DNA of 64,000 nt from assembly GCF_964204645.1 (NCBI RefSeq), contig NC_134027.1, positions 24,266,560 through 24,330,559 on the forward strand, written 5' to 3'. A program made the position numbers and the translations under genes. This DNA comes from Tubulanus polymorphus. Lineage: Eukaryota; Animalia; Nemertea. The notes beneath the pieces are model-generated. The model was given only the letters and a program-made list of their open reading frames with translations, ran no database searches and had not been told where the DNA came from. The stretch's first letter is position 1, and each line of letters begins with the position of its first letter. Positions 24,201 through 39,200 of this stretch are shown here, one piece after another.

Positions 24201-27200
24201 TGCGTTTATAAATTTCTAGGAGCTGATGTACGAAACGAAGGCCAAACTGAGAAAGATTTTCGATATCCGTCCTACATGCAAGCGTTCATGGGTGACATTT
24301 TCTCCATGGGATTCGGCCCGTTCAGGTAATATCTATTGTAATAAGTTTAGAAAAATGTTGGGTGCCATAACGCGGTAGTTTATACCTGATATAGGTCTTT
24401 TAAGTGACCAGCACAGAACTAACTGGCAGCTGAACTAAGACATTGATTTATAATCTGTTTACACTGTATCGAAGAATTGGCAAAAAGTTTCTTTTACTAA
24501 ATTCAGAAAAGAGGGTTAATTCTTTTAAGATAAATTAAGTTAACCAATTATGTTGCTTACAATCTGAAGTTATTCATAAATCATCGAAATCTTAATTTTG
24601 GAAACAAGATTATAGATTTTTTGGAATGGCTCGTTTTCAAATAAAGATATGGCACGATTTTCATTGATTTTCTAGATGGGTTTGCGCATCGGGTGACCCG
24701 CACGACCTTGAAACTACCGACACAATAGCGTGCGAGGTTCTGGAGAAAATCGTGATGGATGGAGGTGAGAGAAATCTAACAAATCACGAGTTAGACGAGT
24801 TCTAGGACAAAATCAACGTTGACCCCTGTCCTAATTCTTTTAGGTACTTGATTCATTTTAAAAGATTGCGTTTCTTAATTTCTAGTTCCTGATTGCGTCA
24901 GACATCAGTACGAGGATAACATACGTTGGATCAAGGAAGCCGGTCGCCACGAAATGGTGAGTACTTGCTGGGTGTTGACAATCAGAGGATAGCTTTAGAA
25001 CGGGTTGTCGAGTGCATGCCCCATTTTCAGGATCGGAAGTCGACCATGTTGCGTATGAACCATGCTTTTTTCGTTGATTTGCAAATCGATTTCATGAATG
25101 AGAGAATGATCGCGACAGCTGTAAACTGAAATCAATCGCGATCACTCGTACGTAATTTTAATTATACCCGGCATTGCGATTGTGCATCGTTTTAATGAAA
25201 GCTCGTTAATGGATTAATTAGACAATCACTGCACGACTGCAGTCTAGTGGTTTATGTATGTTATTCAAGGGGCATCTGTAACTCAAACATCGATAAATGA
25301 ACAATAGGCCTGTTTGGAGGAATACACATATACCGAATAAAACATTCCCTCAAGGGCCTTATAACCAATTGATTCTCAGGCTTCTGTTACTAGACCCTTA
25401 TTTTCATATGGTCTGTCTGTATGTATGTCTGTCTTTCAGCTATTTAGCTTTGTTAATGGTGGGTCGATGTTGATGAAACTTGGGTACAATGTTAGCATGG
25501 GGGTCTAGGTTTGTGGTGCAAAAATTGGCCCAGTGCGCCACCTAGCGGCAGAACTAACACTCTTTTCAGCGTAATGACCTTGGATATTACCTCATAACTG
25601 AGAAACAAGAGTTGAAGTTGTCTTGACTAAATTTAGCTATTGGTCCTAGACACAACATATCAAAAATGCAATGGCGACTACCGCATGTGAATTTCGGAGT
25701 TGCCTCACATGCATACCACGTCAGTGATGACGGTTAATTTCTGTTGTAACGTTAGTATTCCTGAAGATGGCTATTAGGATATAATCGAAACGTAGAAATA
25801 AACTGCTAGCTCATCAAGAAACCTTTTCGGACTACTTGTATTGTGCGATTTTAGCATACCATAGTCATTTCATTTCCACGCAAGTCATTTCTAAGTCTTT
25901 GAGTTTTATAGATGAATCTATAACCGTCAGATGAAGAATCTATTCGTGAAAACAAAAATAAAAATCGTCAATAGAATTTCATTACAATCTGTCACTGGGT
26001 TCTATATACATATAAATAAATATACATGGATAACATTTTCACATTGGATATATACAAGAGAGCTGCGTGTTGACTGCAGACGCACGAACTACGGCAGACG
26101 GACGCCACATGGAAATTCAATTTATCACAAAAAAATGGCAAAAATACCGCAAAAATTACGATGTCGTGCTTTATTTTAGAAAATACTAAACATCGATCTA
26201 AACGATGGTATAACAATACCGGTAAATGATGATTTTATCGTTAATTTTGGAGCAGTTTGGATTTTATTTTATTTTTTGATAAAAAAGAAACAATGATTCT
26301 GATGATGCTAACATGATGTAATAGGCAATCGGTAATAGATGCCTCGGTATTGAAAAGAAATCAGTTTATATGTATTTTGACTAGATACTTTTTACGGACA
26401 CTAAGAGGAAAAAGTACATATTGATTACAACCAAAGACCCAGCTGGCTTACTGGAATCAGCGTGTCTTAGCATCTGCCTATTCCACAATTCTTGGTTCAA
26501 CATTTTAAGTCGTGAAAAATGTTATAAATCTTCCTGTTACCAAGCTGATGAAGATAGACTTGTCTAGATTTAATAGAACTCTGTCCAGTGCATAGTCGTT
26601 AAAACTATTGTGCCTTAGATCTTAAGACTGGCCTTAAGTTGTCGGATTGGTTGATGAACCAAATAAGGCTATATTGGTTTCAAATTGTAAGATTAACTAT
26701 AGAAGCACAATGAGCTTACACTGGTCATTGTAAGATTGATAATATAACCAAAATAAACTTGGACTTGTCTTAAATTGTTAGATTGACTATTGATCCAAAA
26801 TGAGCTTAGACTGAACTAAAGTTGTTGACTAATTAACTGACATAGACTTTGAGCCATGACTATACAAAATGACTGAGCTTTCATAGTCATGATAACACAC
26901 GAAACTGATGAAAACCTTGGAATGCTGAATCGTAAACCTGGACCCAGTACCTTGAACACAGTTAGAATTGTCGTAAGATGCACTTCGTGATGACTGGCAA
27001 CAATTGGCTAGAGTTTGGATATCTAGTTTATCATAACCAATTGGGTTCAAATCCCACTGTTATCATTTTTACATAGCAATGTAAATGAGTCAGGGCAAAT
27101 TCGAGCGGCTTGAGAAGTAATAGGCAGGGTGGATGTGGTCGGCTTGAGTGCTAACAGGTTTAAACTACGCACCGCGTGTATTTGAACCGGGTTGAATTTT

Positions 27201-30200
27201 ATAAATCCGCGTCAGTTCTCGTAACGCCATCGTGACCGCGTCGTCGCCGCGGCTGTCGTCGTAGAGACCGTACTGTAAATATCGAGCGACTCGCTGCGCG
27301 TTCGTTTGCAGACGGCGTACACGCGATTCGGGGATGTTCTTCAGCGTGGCGACGACGTCCTCACGTCGACGCGTGATCGACGATCCGTCGACGAACACGG
27401 TGAAACCGGCGTAGTTCAGAACGTCGTCGAACGGATATTTTACTCCGGATTCGAAGACGACCGGAATGCAGCCGGACAGCAACGAATCGTAGAACGATTT
27501 ACGCGTCGGAGAGTCCCCTGGTGGCTGAAATGAGAAAACGGTTACCAATAATTTGTTTTCGATGTAACTTTAAACAATGAATTAACCTTTTCGGTGTCTA
27601 CACTGCAGTGCGATGAACAAATAAATTACAGACTTTGCTAGTACACCGCACAATGATGTAATGATGTTATTAGTTAAGTCATTAGTTTTTATCTGTATTG
27701 AACGATGACAACACCAGTCAAACACAGTAAGATATTCGTAACTAATGATACATCGCACCGTGGTGCGGATGCACTGGAAAAGTATGCCCATTATTAATGC
27801 GATGGAGAATTTTTTCAGAATTTCAGAATTATCTCCAGCACTCTGCGGTATTTATTCGTCAGCACTGATAGGGTTTTAATTCAACGACACGGAAATTGAA
27901 TTAACCCTTTCATGACTCAAAAATCGAGTTAGTGTTTCACCCACTAGAGGTCAGCATGTTATAGTTGTACTATTACGTAATAAGCATCACGAAGTATCAT
28001 AAAACCCTCATTAATAGACACAGCTTGTTCTATTTCTATTGTAATTTATTGCTTAATTATGACATGTATTTATGTTAATAACTGCTGTCGACGACATCAA
28101 GTAAATGACCTCCACCTGTTACTCAGTATTGTATATATACAATAGGAATAAGTACTGGAGTCGACTGCACTGTTCAGTACTCAACTAACTAAACATCTCT
28201 GCCACAATTTCTCCCAGTTGCTCTATACAAATGTAGTGGCAGCAAGTATGAGATTTCATGGCGTCAATGGTATTAGTCCCAGAACTGTGAGATATCTCAT
28301 GGTGGCAATGGTATTAGTCCCAGAACTGTGAGATATCTCATGGTGGCAATGGTATGAGACCCAGAACTGTGAGATATCTCATGGTGGCAATGGTATGAAT
28401 CCCAGAACTATGAGATATCTCATGGTGGCAATGGTATAAGACCCAGAACTGTGAGATATCTCCTGGTGGCAATGGTATGAGACCAAGAACTATGAGATAT
28501 CTCATGGCGTCAATGGTATGAGAGCCAGAACAGTGAGATATCTCATGGCGTCAATGGTATGAGACCCAGAACTGTGAGATATCTCATGGCGTCAATGGTA
28601 TGAGACCCAGAACTGTGAGATATCTCATGGTGGCAATGGTATGAATCCCAGAACTATGAGATATCTCATGGTGGCAATGGTATGAGACCCAGAACTGTGA
28701 GATATCTCATGGTGGCAATGGTATGAATCCCAGAACTATGAGATATCTCATGGCGGCAATGGTATGAATCCCAGAACTGTGAGATATCTCATGGTGGCAA
28801 TGGTATGAGACCCAGAACTGTGAGATATCTCATGGCGTCAATGGTATGAGACCCAGAACTATGAGATATCTCATGGCGTCAATGGTATGGGTGCCAGAAC
28901 TGTGAGATATCTCATGGTGGCAATGGTATTAGTCCCAGAACTGTGAGATATCTCATGGTGGCAATGGTATTAGTCCCAGAACTGTGAGATATCTCATGAC
29001 GTCAATGGTATGAGACCCAGAACTGTGAGATATCTCATGGTGGCAATGGTATGAGACCCAGAACTGTGAGATATCTCATGGCTTCAATGGTATGAGTCCC
29101 AGAACTGTGAGATATCTCATGGTGGCAATGGTATTAGTCCCAGAACTGTGAGATATCTCATGGTGGCAATGGTATGAGTCCCAGAACTGTGAGATATCAT
29201 GGTGGCAATGGTATGAGTCCCAGAACTATGAGATATCTCATGGTGGCAATGGTATGAGACCCAGAACTGTGAGATATCTCATGGCGTCAATGGTATGAGA
29301 CCCAGAACTGTGAGATATCTCATGGTGGCAATGGTATGAGACCCAGAACTGTGAGATATCTCATGGCGTCAATGGTATGAGTCCCAGATGAGATATCCTG
29401 TAGGGTTACAACTATGGCCTACGGCAGTTTTCAATCTATTATCGAAAAACCAGCCATCATAATTCTAGCGTATTTAGTTAAGTATATTCATATATGTATA
29501 TATATATATCGTTCTAACCTGCAGACAAAACTTTGATCTTCTCATCAGACCAGTGACGACCGAAGCGCTGTTTTCAGCCTGTACCTGACACTCGAATTGT
29601 GGCATCGGATGATACACGCTGGCGTAATCAGATCCATGATTCTGTTTGGCTGATTGTAACTGACTCTGAAGAAAAAAAACCCGAAATTGAAACAGTTCAT
29701 GAAATATCTGTAAATATCTAGGCTGCAAGAAAGGGGGTTTCAACTCATATGAAAAGGGCACTTTTTAGTCGTGGCTGGTGTGTCTTGGCCTGCACTGCAG
29801 ACGCGAACTGCTTGGAGGGGGTCTTGCGGTCCTCCCCCAGAAGAACTTTGAAAATGTTAATACATTTTTATGCAAATTTAGTGCATATTACATCAAGACC
29901 AGTACCGGAAATAAGAAGCATATATGAAGTGGATTTTCAAAAAGGACTTGGTCAGAAAAGGGGCGGGTTCAGGCTGCTGAACCCCCTCTGGATCCGCCAT
30001 TGTTTTTCGCGTACATTTCACGTAATATTTTCTCACCCCTAATATTTTGCGTAGATTGTTTTTCTCAGACCCGGCGAATAAAGCGAATATATCCCTCCTG
30101 CTCCCGCTGCTCCTACTCGTGCTGCTCCCGCTCTGCTGTTGCGTGGTCGTGTTAAAGATGGTCGAGTTCGGACGGTGTAGATGAATAAACGACGGATACG

Positions 30201-33200
30201 GGACGACGATCGTCTCGTTTTGTTTTCCCGTGCGATTGAATGATTGTCGAGCCGTTTGCGAATGCGTTCTCTCGATTACGAGATATTTCATGCGATGCGT
30301 GTCGTCGCGCATTAGGAAACTACACGTTTTGCTTTGTGACATTTCCTGTAAATAGACAAACAGATAGAAATAGAGTGGCCTTACAGGGGAGATGACAGAA
30401 ATACAGACATCTTCTTGCAGTAACTGGAATAGAGAAAGCGATTCTTACAGGTGTGATGATCGAGATTGAGATATATTATAGGAGTCATGATAGAGATAGA
30501 GAAGTCTTGTAGGAGTCATGATAGAGATAGATAGAGAAGTCTTGTAGGAGTCATGATAGAGATAGATAGAGAAGTCTTGTAGGAGTCATGATAGAGATAG
30601 AGAAGTCTTGTGGGAGTCATGATAGAGATAGAGAAGTCTTGTTGGAGTCATGATAGAGATAGAGAAGTCTTGTTGGAGTCATGATAGAGATAGAGAAGTC
30701 TTGTAGGAGTCATGATAGAGATAGATAGAGAAGTCTTGTAGCAGTCATGATAGAGATAGATAGAGAAGTCTTGTAGCAGTCATGATAGAGATAGATAGAG
30801 AAGTCTTGTAGGAGTCATGATAGAGATAGATAGAGAAGTCTTGTAGGAGTCATGATAGAGATAGAGAAGTTTTGTAGGAGTCATGATAGAGATAGGGACA
30901 GCGAGGCCTTGTGGGAGTCATGATAGAGATAGAGCAATCTTGTGGGAGTCATGATAGAGATAGACAAATCTTGTAGGAGTCATGATAGAGATAGAGAAGT
31001 CTTGTAGGAGTCATGATAGAGATAGAGAAGTCTTGAAGGAGTCATGATAGAGATAGAGACAGTGAGGTCTTGTGGGAGTCATGATAGAGATAGACAAATC
31101 TTGTAGGAGTAATGATTGAGATAGAGCAGTCTTGTAGGAGTCATGATAGAGATAGAGACAGTGAGGTCTTGTGGGAGTCATGATAGAGGGAGGTCTTACA
31201 TGTGTGGTGATAGAGATTGAGAGGTTTTGTAGGAGACATGATAGAGATAGTAAGCTCCTACTGGAGTCATGATAAAATGAGTTCTTAATCATAAAGAAAA
31301 TTCCAATAATTATTTTTCTTTATTGTGGATTTTTATGTAAACGTTGCATGCATTCCTCATAATGCTATGTGCAGTTTATACACAAAGTTATCCTTTTTTT
31401 ACAAATGATATATATTATCATGTACCGCACATATTTAATTATTTGAAGCCAGACACATTTAGAATTTTAAAAAAAGAAGACAAATTCAATAAACGCATCG
31501 CTGTTATTTGCATTTGAAAAATGTAATTATTGTATCACCTGGGTAGGGTAACGTCGCTCGCGAAAAACGCAGCCTAGGGACCGTCACCACCTGGGGGGTT
31601 TAATAAACGATTAACCCGCCGAAAATATTCGATAACTGCGCTGTAATTATTTTCATTCGAAAAAATCCGAATGTTTATCGTATCATCGGGGTAGGGTAGC
31701 TCATGAAAAACTTCAACCCTGCGGGTGACGTTTATCAGGGCTTTGACGGATGCATAAACAATAAAGGCTTATGTAATTTGTACGGTTCTCTTCGTATGAC
31801 ACTTAAAACCCTCGAGTCAAAACATTTCGCTATTTCAATTTATTTCCATCAATTTTCGCATCATTCGTTGTGTCGTCGCCCGCGAGCTTCGCTCTTTGAA
31901 ATCGAATACAAATATGTAAACGTTTTTTTTTTTAATTCTCTCTCTCGCGTGAGTTGTCGAGAAACCGAGGAATAGGCGATCGTTTCGTCGCGCTTTGGGG
32001 GTTTAGTTTTTGACGACGGCGTTTTGATGGAATTCGGAAAAAAACGAAATCGATCGCTCGCGGAGAAGCTCACCGACGTGATAGAAGCGATTATAAAACG
32101 TAGTATTATACAAGTTTTTTTTTCTAACGGAGGAATCTCATTTGACTTGATGGTTTTTAGTCGGAGACTCAGGGCTGGAAGCATTAAGAATTCATCTCTT
32201 AGTCAAATTTTGCGAAGAAATTTGAGTTTTGCTTTGACGTGTTTTTTTGACGAACCCGTTTTTATTTCAGAAAATTTTGAGTAGAAGGAGTCCATGGTGC
32301 AAAAATACACTCAGTTATTGGCATAAATTTTGTGTCACACCATGTGATACTGTGATGCGTCCTGATTGGTTATTCAGCCGTGGATGTTTTGGGAAACACA
32401 AAACATCCAACACACTCAGGACAGACGAAAAACGTTTTCTCAACGAGACACAAAATGTTTTCAAAACATCAATCATCTGTTCGGTGTTTTCTGTTTCGAC
32501 TTCAATGCCAACGGCAAAACAAAACAAAACACATTGAAAACATTTTTGACGAGGAAAAACAAGTTTTATCTTGCCGTAAGATCTGTTAGTCAACAGCAAA
32601 CATTGTGGTTTTGAATTGAATAAAATTTGAAACGGTCAGACTTCTTCGTTCAAACCTCTGCTGTATTCTATACTTACTTGTTCGATTTTTCCGAGCGCCA
32701 TAAAATGCGGTTTTCCCGCGTTTAAAAACGGCGATTTCACGAGCGATTTCCAGAACCGATCGTCGAGCGACGCGTCCGTCGGGTACGAACAAAAACAGTT
32801 CAACGACGCGTAGTACGGCACGTAGAATAAATCGGCGTCGCGCGGGTCGTTCGTCGCGTATCGACTACGCAGCAGTTTCCGATGAAAGACGATCTCGGCG
32901 GAGAACTGGTGCGTTCGGTGTACGGCCGCCGCCGCGTCGGCGCCGTCGACCGCGCGTCCGAAGCCGTCGTTCGCGAAATCGAAGCACATGTCGTTGTTCG
33001 TTGGTCGCGCGGCGCACGACGCTAAGTCGACGTTGAACTCGCGCGTTAACGGGTAAACGTAGACGCGCAGTTTCGATATGTCGGTCGATTCGGGGTCGAC
33101 GCGGAACGCCGACTCATCGGGATCGTCGTTTCGCGGATGGTATTCGTCGGTTTGGCGTTTGATGCGTCGGTGTCTCGTTCGTCGTCCGTCTGCCTCGGCA

Positions 33201-36200
33201 GCGGCGACGCCGGCATCTGCTCGTTGTTTATATGACGAGCGTATCGCGTGGTGTAAATGCTCGTGGAGTCCGCGTTGCCACTTCGGAGTCGTCAGATCGG
33301 AGAAGTCCATTTTGCGCACAATCTCCTCATTGTGGAGTTCTTCCTCGCTTTTTCCCGACTGAACTTTCTGATTTGCGAGTCTGAAATCGGAAAAAATACA
33401 TCAATATGAAAAACCGGTTTTCCCGAGCGCCATCAGTGATCGGAAAATCAAATCCTTTATTGTTTTGAAAGCTCTTAACTCATTTCATTGTTGATTTCGA
33501 AATTATCGTCAGTCGGAATAATATCAATATGGCTGCAGGGCAGCGAAAAGGGGTTTTCGGAAATGCGATCAGAAAATTTTCGATCTCGATCGAATTGTTT
33601 TTATCGAGTTTTACAGTCTCAATCAAATCAATATGGCTGCAAGGCAGCGATGGTGAGTTTTTTTCTCAGTTTTCTTAGTTTTGCTGATGAATCAGAAATT
33701 AGAATCTTTTGTTGTTTTCAAATTCATTACACTCTTGTAGGGCTGTTTCACAGTTGAATGCTCGGCATGATACAAACATGGTTGCACCGCAAGAGAATGA
33801 GTTTTTTAAGTTAGGTTTGCTGAAATACGAAAATAAGAATCATTCGTTGTTTTGATTTCATTACACACATAGAGCTGTTTTCAAAGCTGATTCGTGAATC
33901 ATCACTTCTTATAACATAAGGCAGCATAGATGAGTATTTTTATTAGGTTCGTTCAATGATCAGAAATTAAAAGAGATAAAATAGATTAAGTTCCATTTCG
34001 CTGTTCATTAATGCTGATGATTATATCAATATGGCCACAAGGCAGCGAAAATGCAATGTAGTGCAATTAGTGTTCAAAATTTGAAATCTTTGAAAGAGCT
34101 TATTGTTTTGGCTGTTGATTCTGTCATCAGTAGTAAGAATAACATCAATATGGCTGCAAGGCAGCGATCGTGGGTTTTCTTTCGAGATACCGATCCGTGC
34201 GGGCCAATCCTAGTAGTTTAGACCATTATTAGGCTTATCTTCGATCATGCCCTTATATACGCAATTGGAATGACAGAAATATATTCATTTGAATCCGCAC
34301 ACAATTGAAAATTATGTTTTCGCATTTTTAACATATGTTAGTTCAAGCACAGATGTATTTTCAATTTATTCAGCATCGACAATAGAATGCATTATACGCA
34401 CGCCGCATAATGATAAACATTTACATTTGTAGTAAAGACATCTGTTATATTATACCGTACCGATTCATGATTAGAATACAAAAAACGCCAATTCATGCCT
34501 CGTTACCCTCGGCTCCCCGCCCCTCGTATTGACGTTTTTCGATTATCGGCAGGCGTTTTGATTCAGTTGCTCAGGTTAGAGAAATTTCGATTCACGCTTA
34601 TTAAAAAGTTTGCGGGGAATGTTTGCTCGGTGTTGATTGTATTTGTAGAAGTGCTTCAGATTCGTAGTAGCTGTATCAGACGCACATCGGCATACGGGCG
34701 AGCTTACGAGTAAGGAACAGTCTTGGCTAATCTTGGTTCTACAGCTTCGGTCCTAACAACCTAAAATCCGTCTTATCTCATTTTAGTTCTTTAACTAGTC
34801 TGACTACTTCGGACCAGTCTAAGCTCATTTTAGTTACATAGCCTATCTAACAACTTAAGACCAGTCTAAGCTCATTATGGTTACATAGCCTATCTAACAA
34901 CTGAATACCAGTCGAAACTCATTTTGGTTTCATAGCTAATCCAAAAATTTAGATCGGTATAAGCTCATTTTGCTTCTATAGCAAATCTTATAACTTAAGA
35001 CCAGTCTAAGCTCTTTTGGGTTCTATAGCAAATCTAACAACTTAAACCCAGTCTAAGCTCATTATCGTTCTATAACCTATCTAACAACTTAAGACCAGTC
35101 GAAACTCAATTTGGTTTCATAGCTAATCCAAAAATTTAGACTGGTCGCAGCTGATTTTGGTTCTATAACCAATCTTACAACTTAAATTCTCAATCTAACA
35201 ACTATGGTCGGTACCAGTGAAAGGAAATTTTGGTTTTATAGCCATCAAACAACTTAGGACTTCTATAAACACAGTTCAAATTAATCTTACGATGCCTGTT
35301 GTCTTTTTTTTCATCGCTCGGATAAATTACCTGCTTTTATTGAATTTAGTGAGAGGAGGTTTCAAATGCGATCTGTATCCGGTGTACATGACGATCATCA
35401 GAGCCACGATACATACGAACAACACTGTCTTATTAGGCTGAAAAATACAAGCGAAAAATCTGGCATCTTCAGTCGCTGAATTGTGAAGTGTTGGCGTTGC
35501 AGGTGTTGTCGGATTGTTCTTGTTTGTGGACAGGGCGTTCCAATCTGACAGCAGATAGTAAAAAACCTCATTCGCCACAGTTGGTTGTTACACGGCGATT
35601 ACCGATTAGGTAAATCATGTTTTGTATCATAAGGTGATCCATGAAATTTTCATCAAGTGGAATAACGAAGTTTTAATGAATTTTCACTTCAAATTGCTGG
35701 TTTCCAGGTTCTCTGTCGATAGTTTCACCTACATTGTAACCGGTACCAAATTAGTTTTGCTGTATTGAGACTACCCGGTATCTAATAGTCAGTTTATGAT
35801 TAGACTATCATAGTCATCTAAAGTTCCGATAAGATAATATTATCATCGGGTAGATTAATCCTTAATATGAATTCTGTGTTATCTGATTTACATTTGTGAA
35901 TAGCCGTGATCAGCCTCATCCCGATTCCAGGCTTGCAAAAACTGGTCGGATCAGAGGTTTGCTATAGGTTCGAGGGTTGCACCCCCAAAATAGGGCATAT
36001 CATATGATCAAAAGGGCACCCCGAAAAAAGCTCACCGGGAAACTAAACATTTACTCATTTTTGGAAAAACTGGTACAGAACAAGAGTTCAAATCTTTTTA
36101 GGTATCAGTTTGATATTTTTCATTTTCCTGTGAAATTTCAGGGTAACTTAACATTTGTAGGGGGTGCGCACCCCCTGCACCCTCGAGCCTTGAGTTCATT

Positions 36201-39200
36201 GTCCTCGAACTAGCTTTTTCATAAAAGCGGGGCCATATTTAGTTTCACAAAACGTTTTAAACTTTAAAGTAGTCAAGTTGGTTAAGCTTTAATGGACATG
36301 CTTTGACGAATAAAGTTCGAATTTTAGATTATCTTGTTAACCACGAAGATGGTAAAACTGTATGATCGTCGCGGTAGTCTTTCTATTATAACTATGTAAG
36401 AAACAATTACCTTAATCATCATGTTCTGAATAGTGTTTGTCTTTGACAGTAAGTATCTTCGTACAACTCTGCTGTTCGCATCCCTAATGGCATTCTACAT
36501 GTTGTTCTGTCATTGCATAATGTGAACCTCTCAGTTTGCCGGCTAGCTATATCACTGGCTGGCTAGCTCTTTCTAGCTCTCTACTGGCTGGTTAACTGTA
36601 TGTGCGATCTGATTAGCTCTCCTACTCCTCAGTGCTAATTACCCATCCCGTCGAGCTCATCAGCTAACAAACTGTCTGGTAGTTGACTTTCCGGCTACAC
36701 CTCGTGGCTAGCTTTCCCGCTGTTGGCTCAAAACCCAATTTCTAGCTGAAAACCTGTCTCTGATTAGCTAGCTCTGTTTAAGCTATCAACCTGTCTGTAA
36801 GCTGTTAACCAGTCTAATGACTAGTTCTCTAACTGCTAGCTACAACCGGTCCACTGACTAGTTCTTCAACTGCTAGCTACAACTGATCCACTGACTAGTT
36901 CTCCAACTCTTAGCTGCAGTTGATACTGACTAGTTCTCCAATAGCTAGCTACAACTGGTCTACTGACTAGTTCTCCAACTTCTAGCTACAGTTGATCCGC
37001 TGACTAGTTCTGCAAAAGCTTCCAAAAGCTAGGTACAGCCGGTCCACTGACTAGTTCTCCAACTGTTAGCTACCAACTCGTCTCCTAACTAGCTGCTGCT
37101 GCTGCTAGCCTGTTAACCGCTCTAACTGACTACAGTTCGCCGACTGCTAGCTACCAACCGGTCGGCTAAACATCCAGCATCTGTTGCCGAGAGTGTTTAC
37201 CGTTCGATCAAACTTGGTGCGGTTCTGTTTGATAAAGAGTCTCGTGTGAAGTTATCGAATAAATATATGCGTGTCTCGACGACGTGGTGCGGATCGATGC
37301 CTGATCTCGACGTCGCGTCAACGACCGACGGAACGAAACGAGCGGAAATTTTCTCGTCGACTACGGGTCGTTTTTACGTTTAAACCGACGGCGTCGTCCT
37401 GCGTTGTTTCGGTCGGTCGTCACTCTCGCCGGTGTTTTGTACTGTGAATAGGCACGCGCGTGCGTCGCGTGTATAGTATTATTATATATTGTATAACGGT
37501 AAAATGATAATCCATTCAATTGACAGATGGTCGTCGTCTGCCTCTAGCGAATACTGCGGGCCATTTGTGAAATGAAGGATGCGTAGATCGCGATTTCGTG
37601 ATTCGAAATTGCGATTGTATCTTCGATTTGCAATTTGTGAAACGGCATTCGCCCCGAATATACGCCTATGTAATTCATGTGCTCACGTTATACATGCCGC
37701 GTTGGAAAAAAAAACGAAATTTTTTTTCAGGGCAGTTTTATTTGTTGAAATTTCTCTTTCGAAATGTCGCTCAAGTACGACTGAAATAATTCAGCCAATA
37801 AGTTCTTAAGTAAAAGATTTATATAGTATATTTGAGAAATGTTTCGGTTAAAGACTATCAGCCATTATCAACTGATCGTACCGACGTTGAGACCTATCGG
37901 AAGCACCAACCCCCGGAAGATGACTATTAGGATACGGTCGAAATGTCGGATGAATAAATTTACAGCTGAAAGGAAACTTTTTCGGACTTTATTTTCCGTT
38001 TTATCAGTGTGGGGTTCACTATATATCGTCTAAACACGGAATAGCGTTTCATCAATTGGTTACCGAGCCCTATCTAGAATAGAATAGAATATGTTGTATT
38101 GCATCTTAAATACAATTGCTTAGAGCACAAAAACAAAGTCAAAATCTATAACAATTGTAATAATTAATGCAATTCACAACAGATATGGATGTTCGTTCAT
38201 ATCAATTTGTTAATCATAGTAACTGAACACAGGTCTCGATTAATTAGATTAGATAATTAACTTGTTTAATTTTCTAATTATATGAATAGTTCCACAGTCG
38301 GCCCATGCTGGGTTTAATTTCCCGCAGCATCGAATTACAAACACTACTCCTTCCTGACTCGACTCCTTCCTGTGGATGCAATTAGATCATGGATCCAGTT
38401 CCACAGTTGCTTGGGTTTAATTTGACTCTGGATTCAGTTCCACAGTTTTGTTGGTTTAATTTGACTCAGGATCCAGTTCAACAGTTGTGTTGGTTTAATT
38501 TGACTCAGGATCCAGTTCAACAGTTGTGTGGGTTTAATTTGACTCTGAGCCCAGTTCCATAGTTGTGTGGGTTTAATTTGACTCATGATCCAGTTCCACA
38601 GTTGTGAGGGTTTAATATGACTCTGAGCTCAGTTCCACAGTTATGTGGGTTTAATTTGACTCCTGATCCAGTTCCACAGTTGTGTGTGAGTTTAATTTTA
38701 CAGTTGACTCATTCATATTTCACTTTCAGTTGTCCAATATAAACCGACAATGTCGTCAATCCAATGAATACATGTATTTAATTACAATCTGTTACTAATT
38801 TATAGTCCACCGTTTTGCACTTGGTGCATCTGTCACTTCAATCGGTGTTATCATAATCTACGATTAGGACAAACAAAACACGGCCGATCATTTCCATCTA
38901 TGTGAATCACAGGCCGTACGAAATTAGAAAAAAGTTTCTTAATTAGCATTCATTCGCTATCTGACTCTGAGTCTCGGAGGGTGTGCGCTTTTTCTGGTCA
39001 AATCGCGCCGTCTCGATTTGGCTGTATGTTGGAAATTTCGCCTTTGAGAAATGAAGAGAATTTAACTTTTTTAATTACTCGGGTACAGATTTTTTCGGGA
39101 AAAAAAATGGAAGGGCGAAGGGAAGAATATTTTGAAAATGTTTTTATTACTATTCGAACGGAAGGAAATGAAAACAATTGAATTTATATTTTTTTTATCA

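Noticed and set aside
28247-29397. CRISPR-like regular repeat with palindromic core
   Set aside because: No unique spacers, no cas genes, eukaryotic intron. It is a head-to-tail minisatellite.
33078-33362. Plus-strand ORFs here and at 27306-27533
   Set aside because: Antisense shadows of GC-rich GT47 exons.
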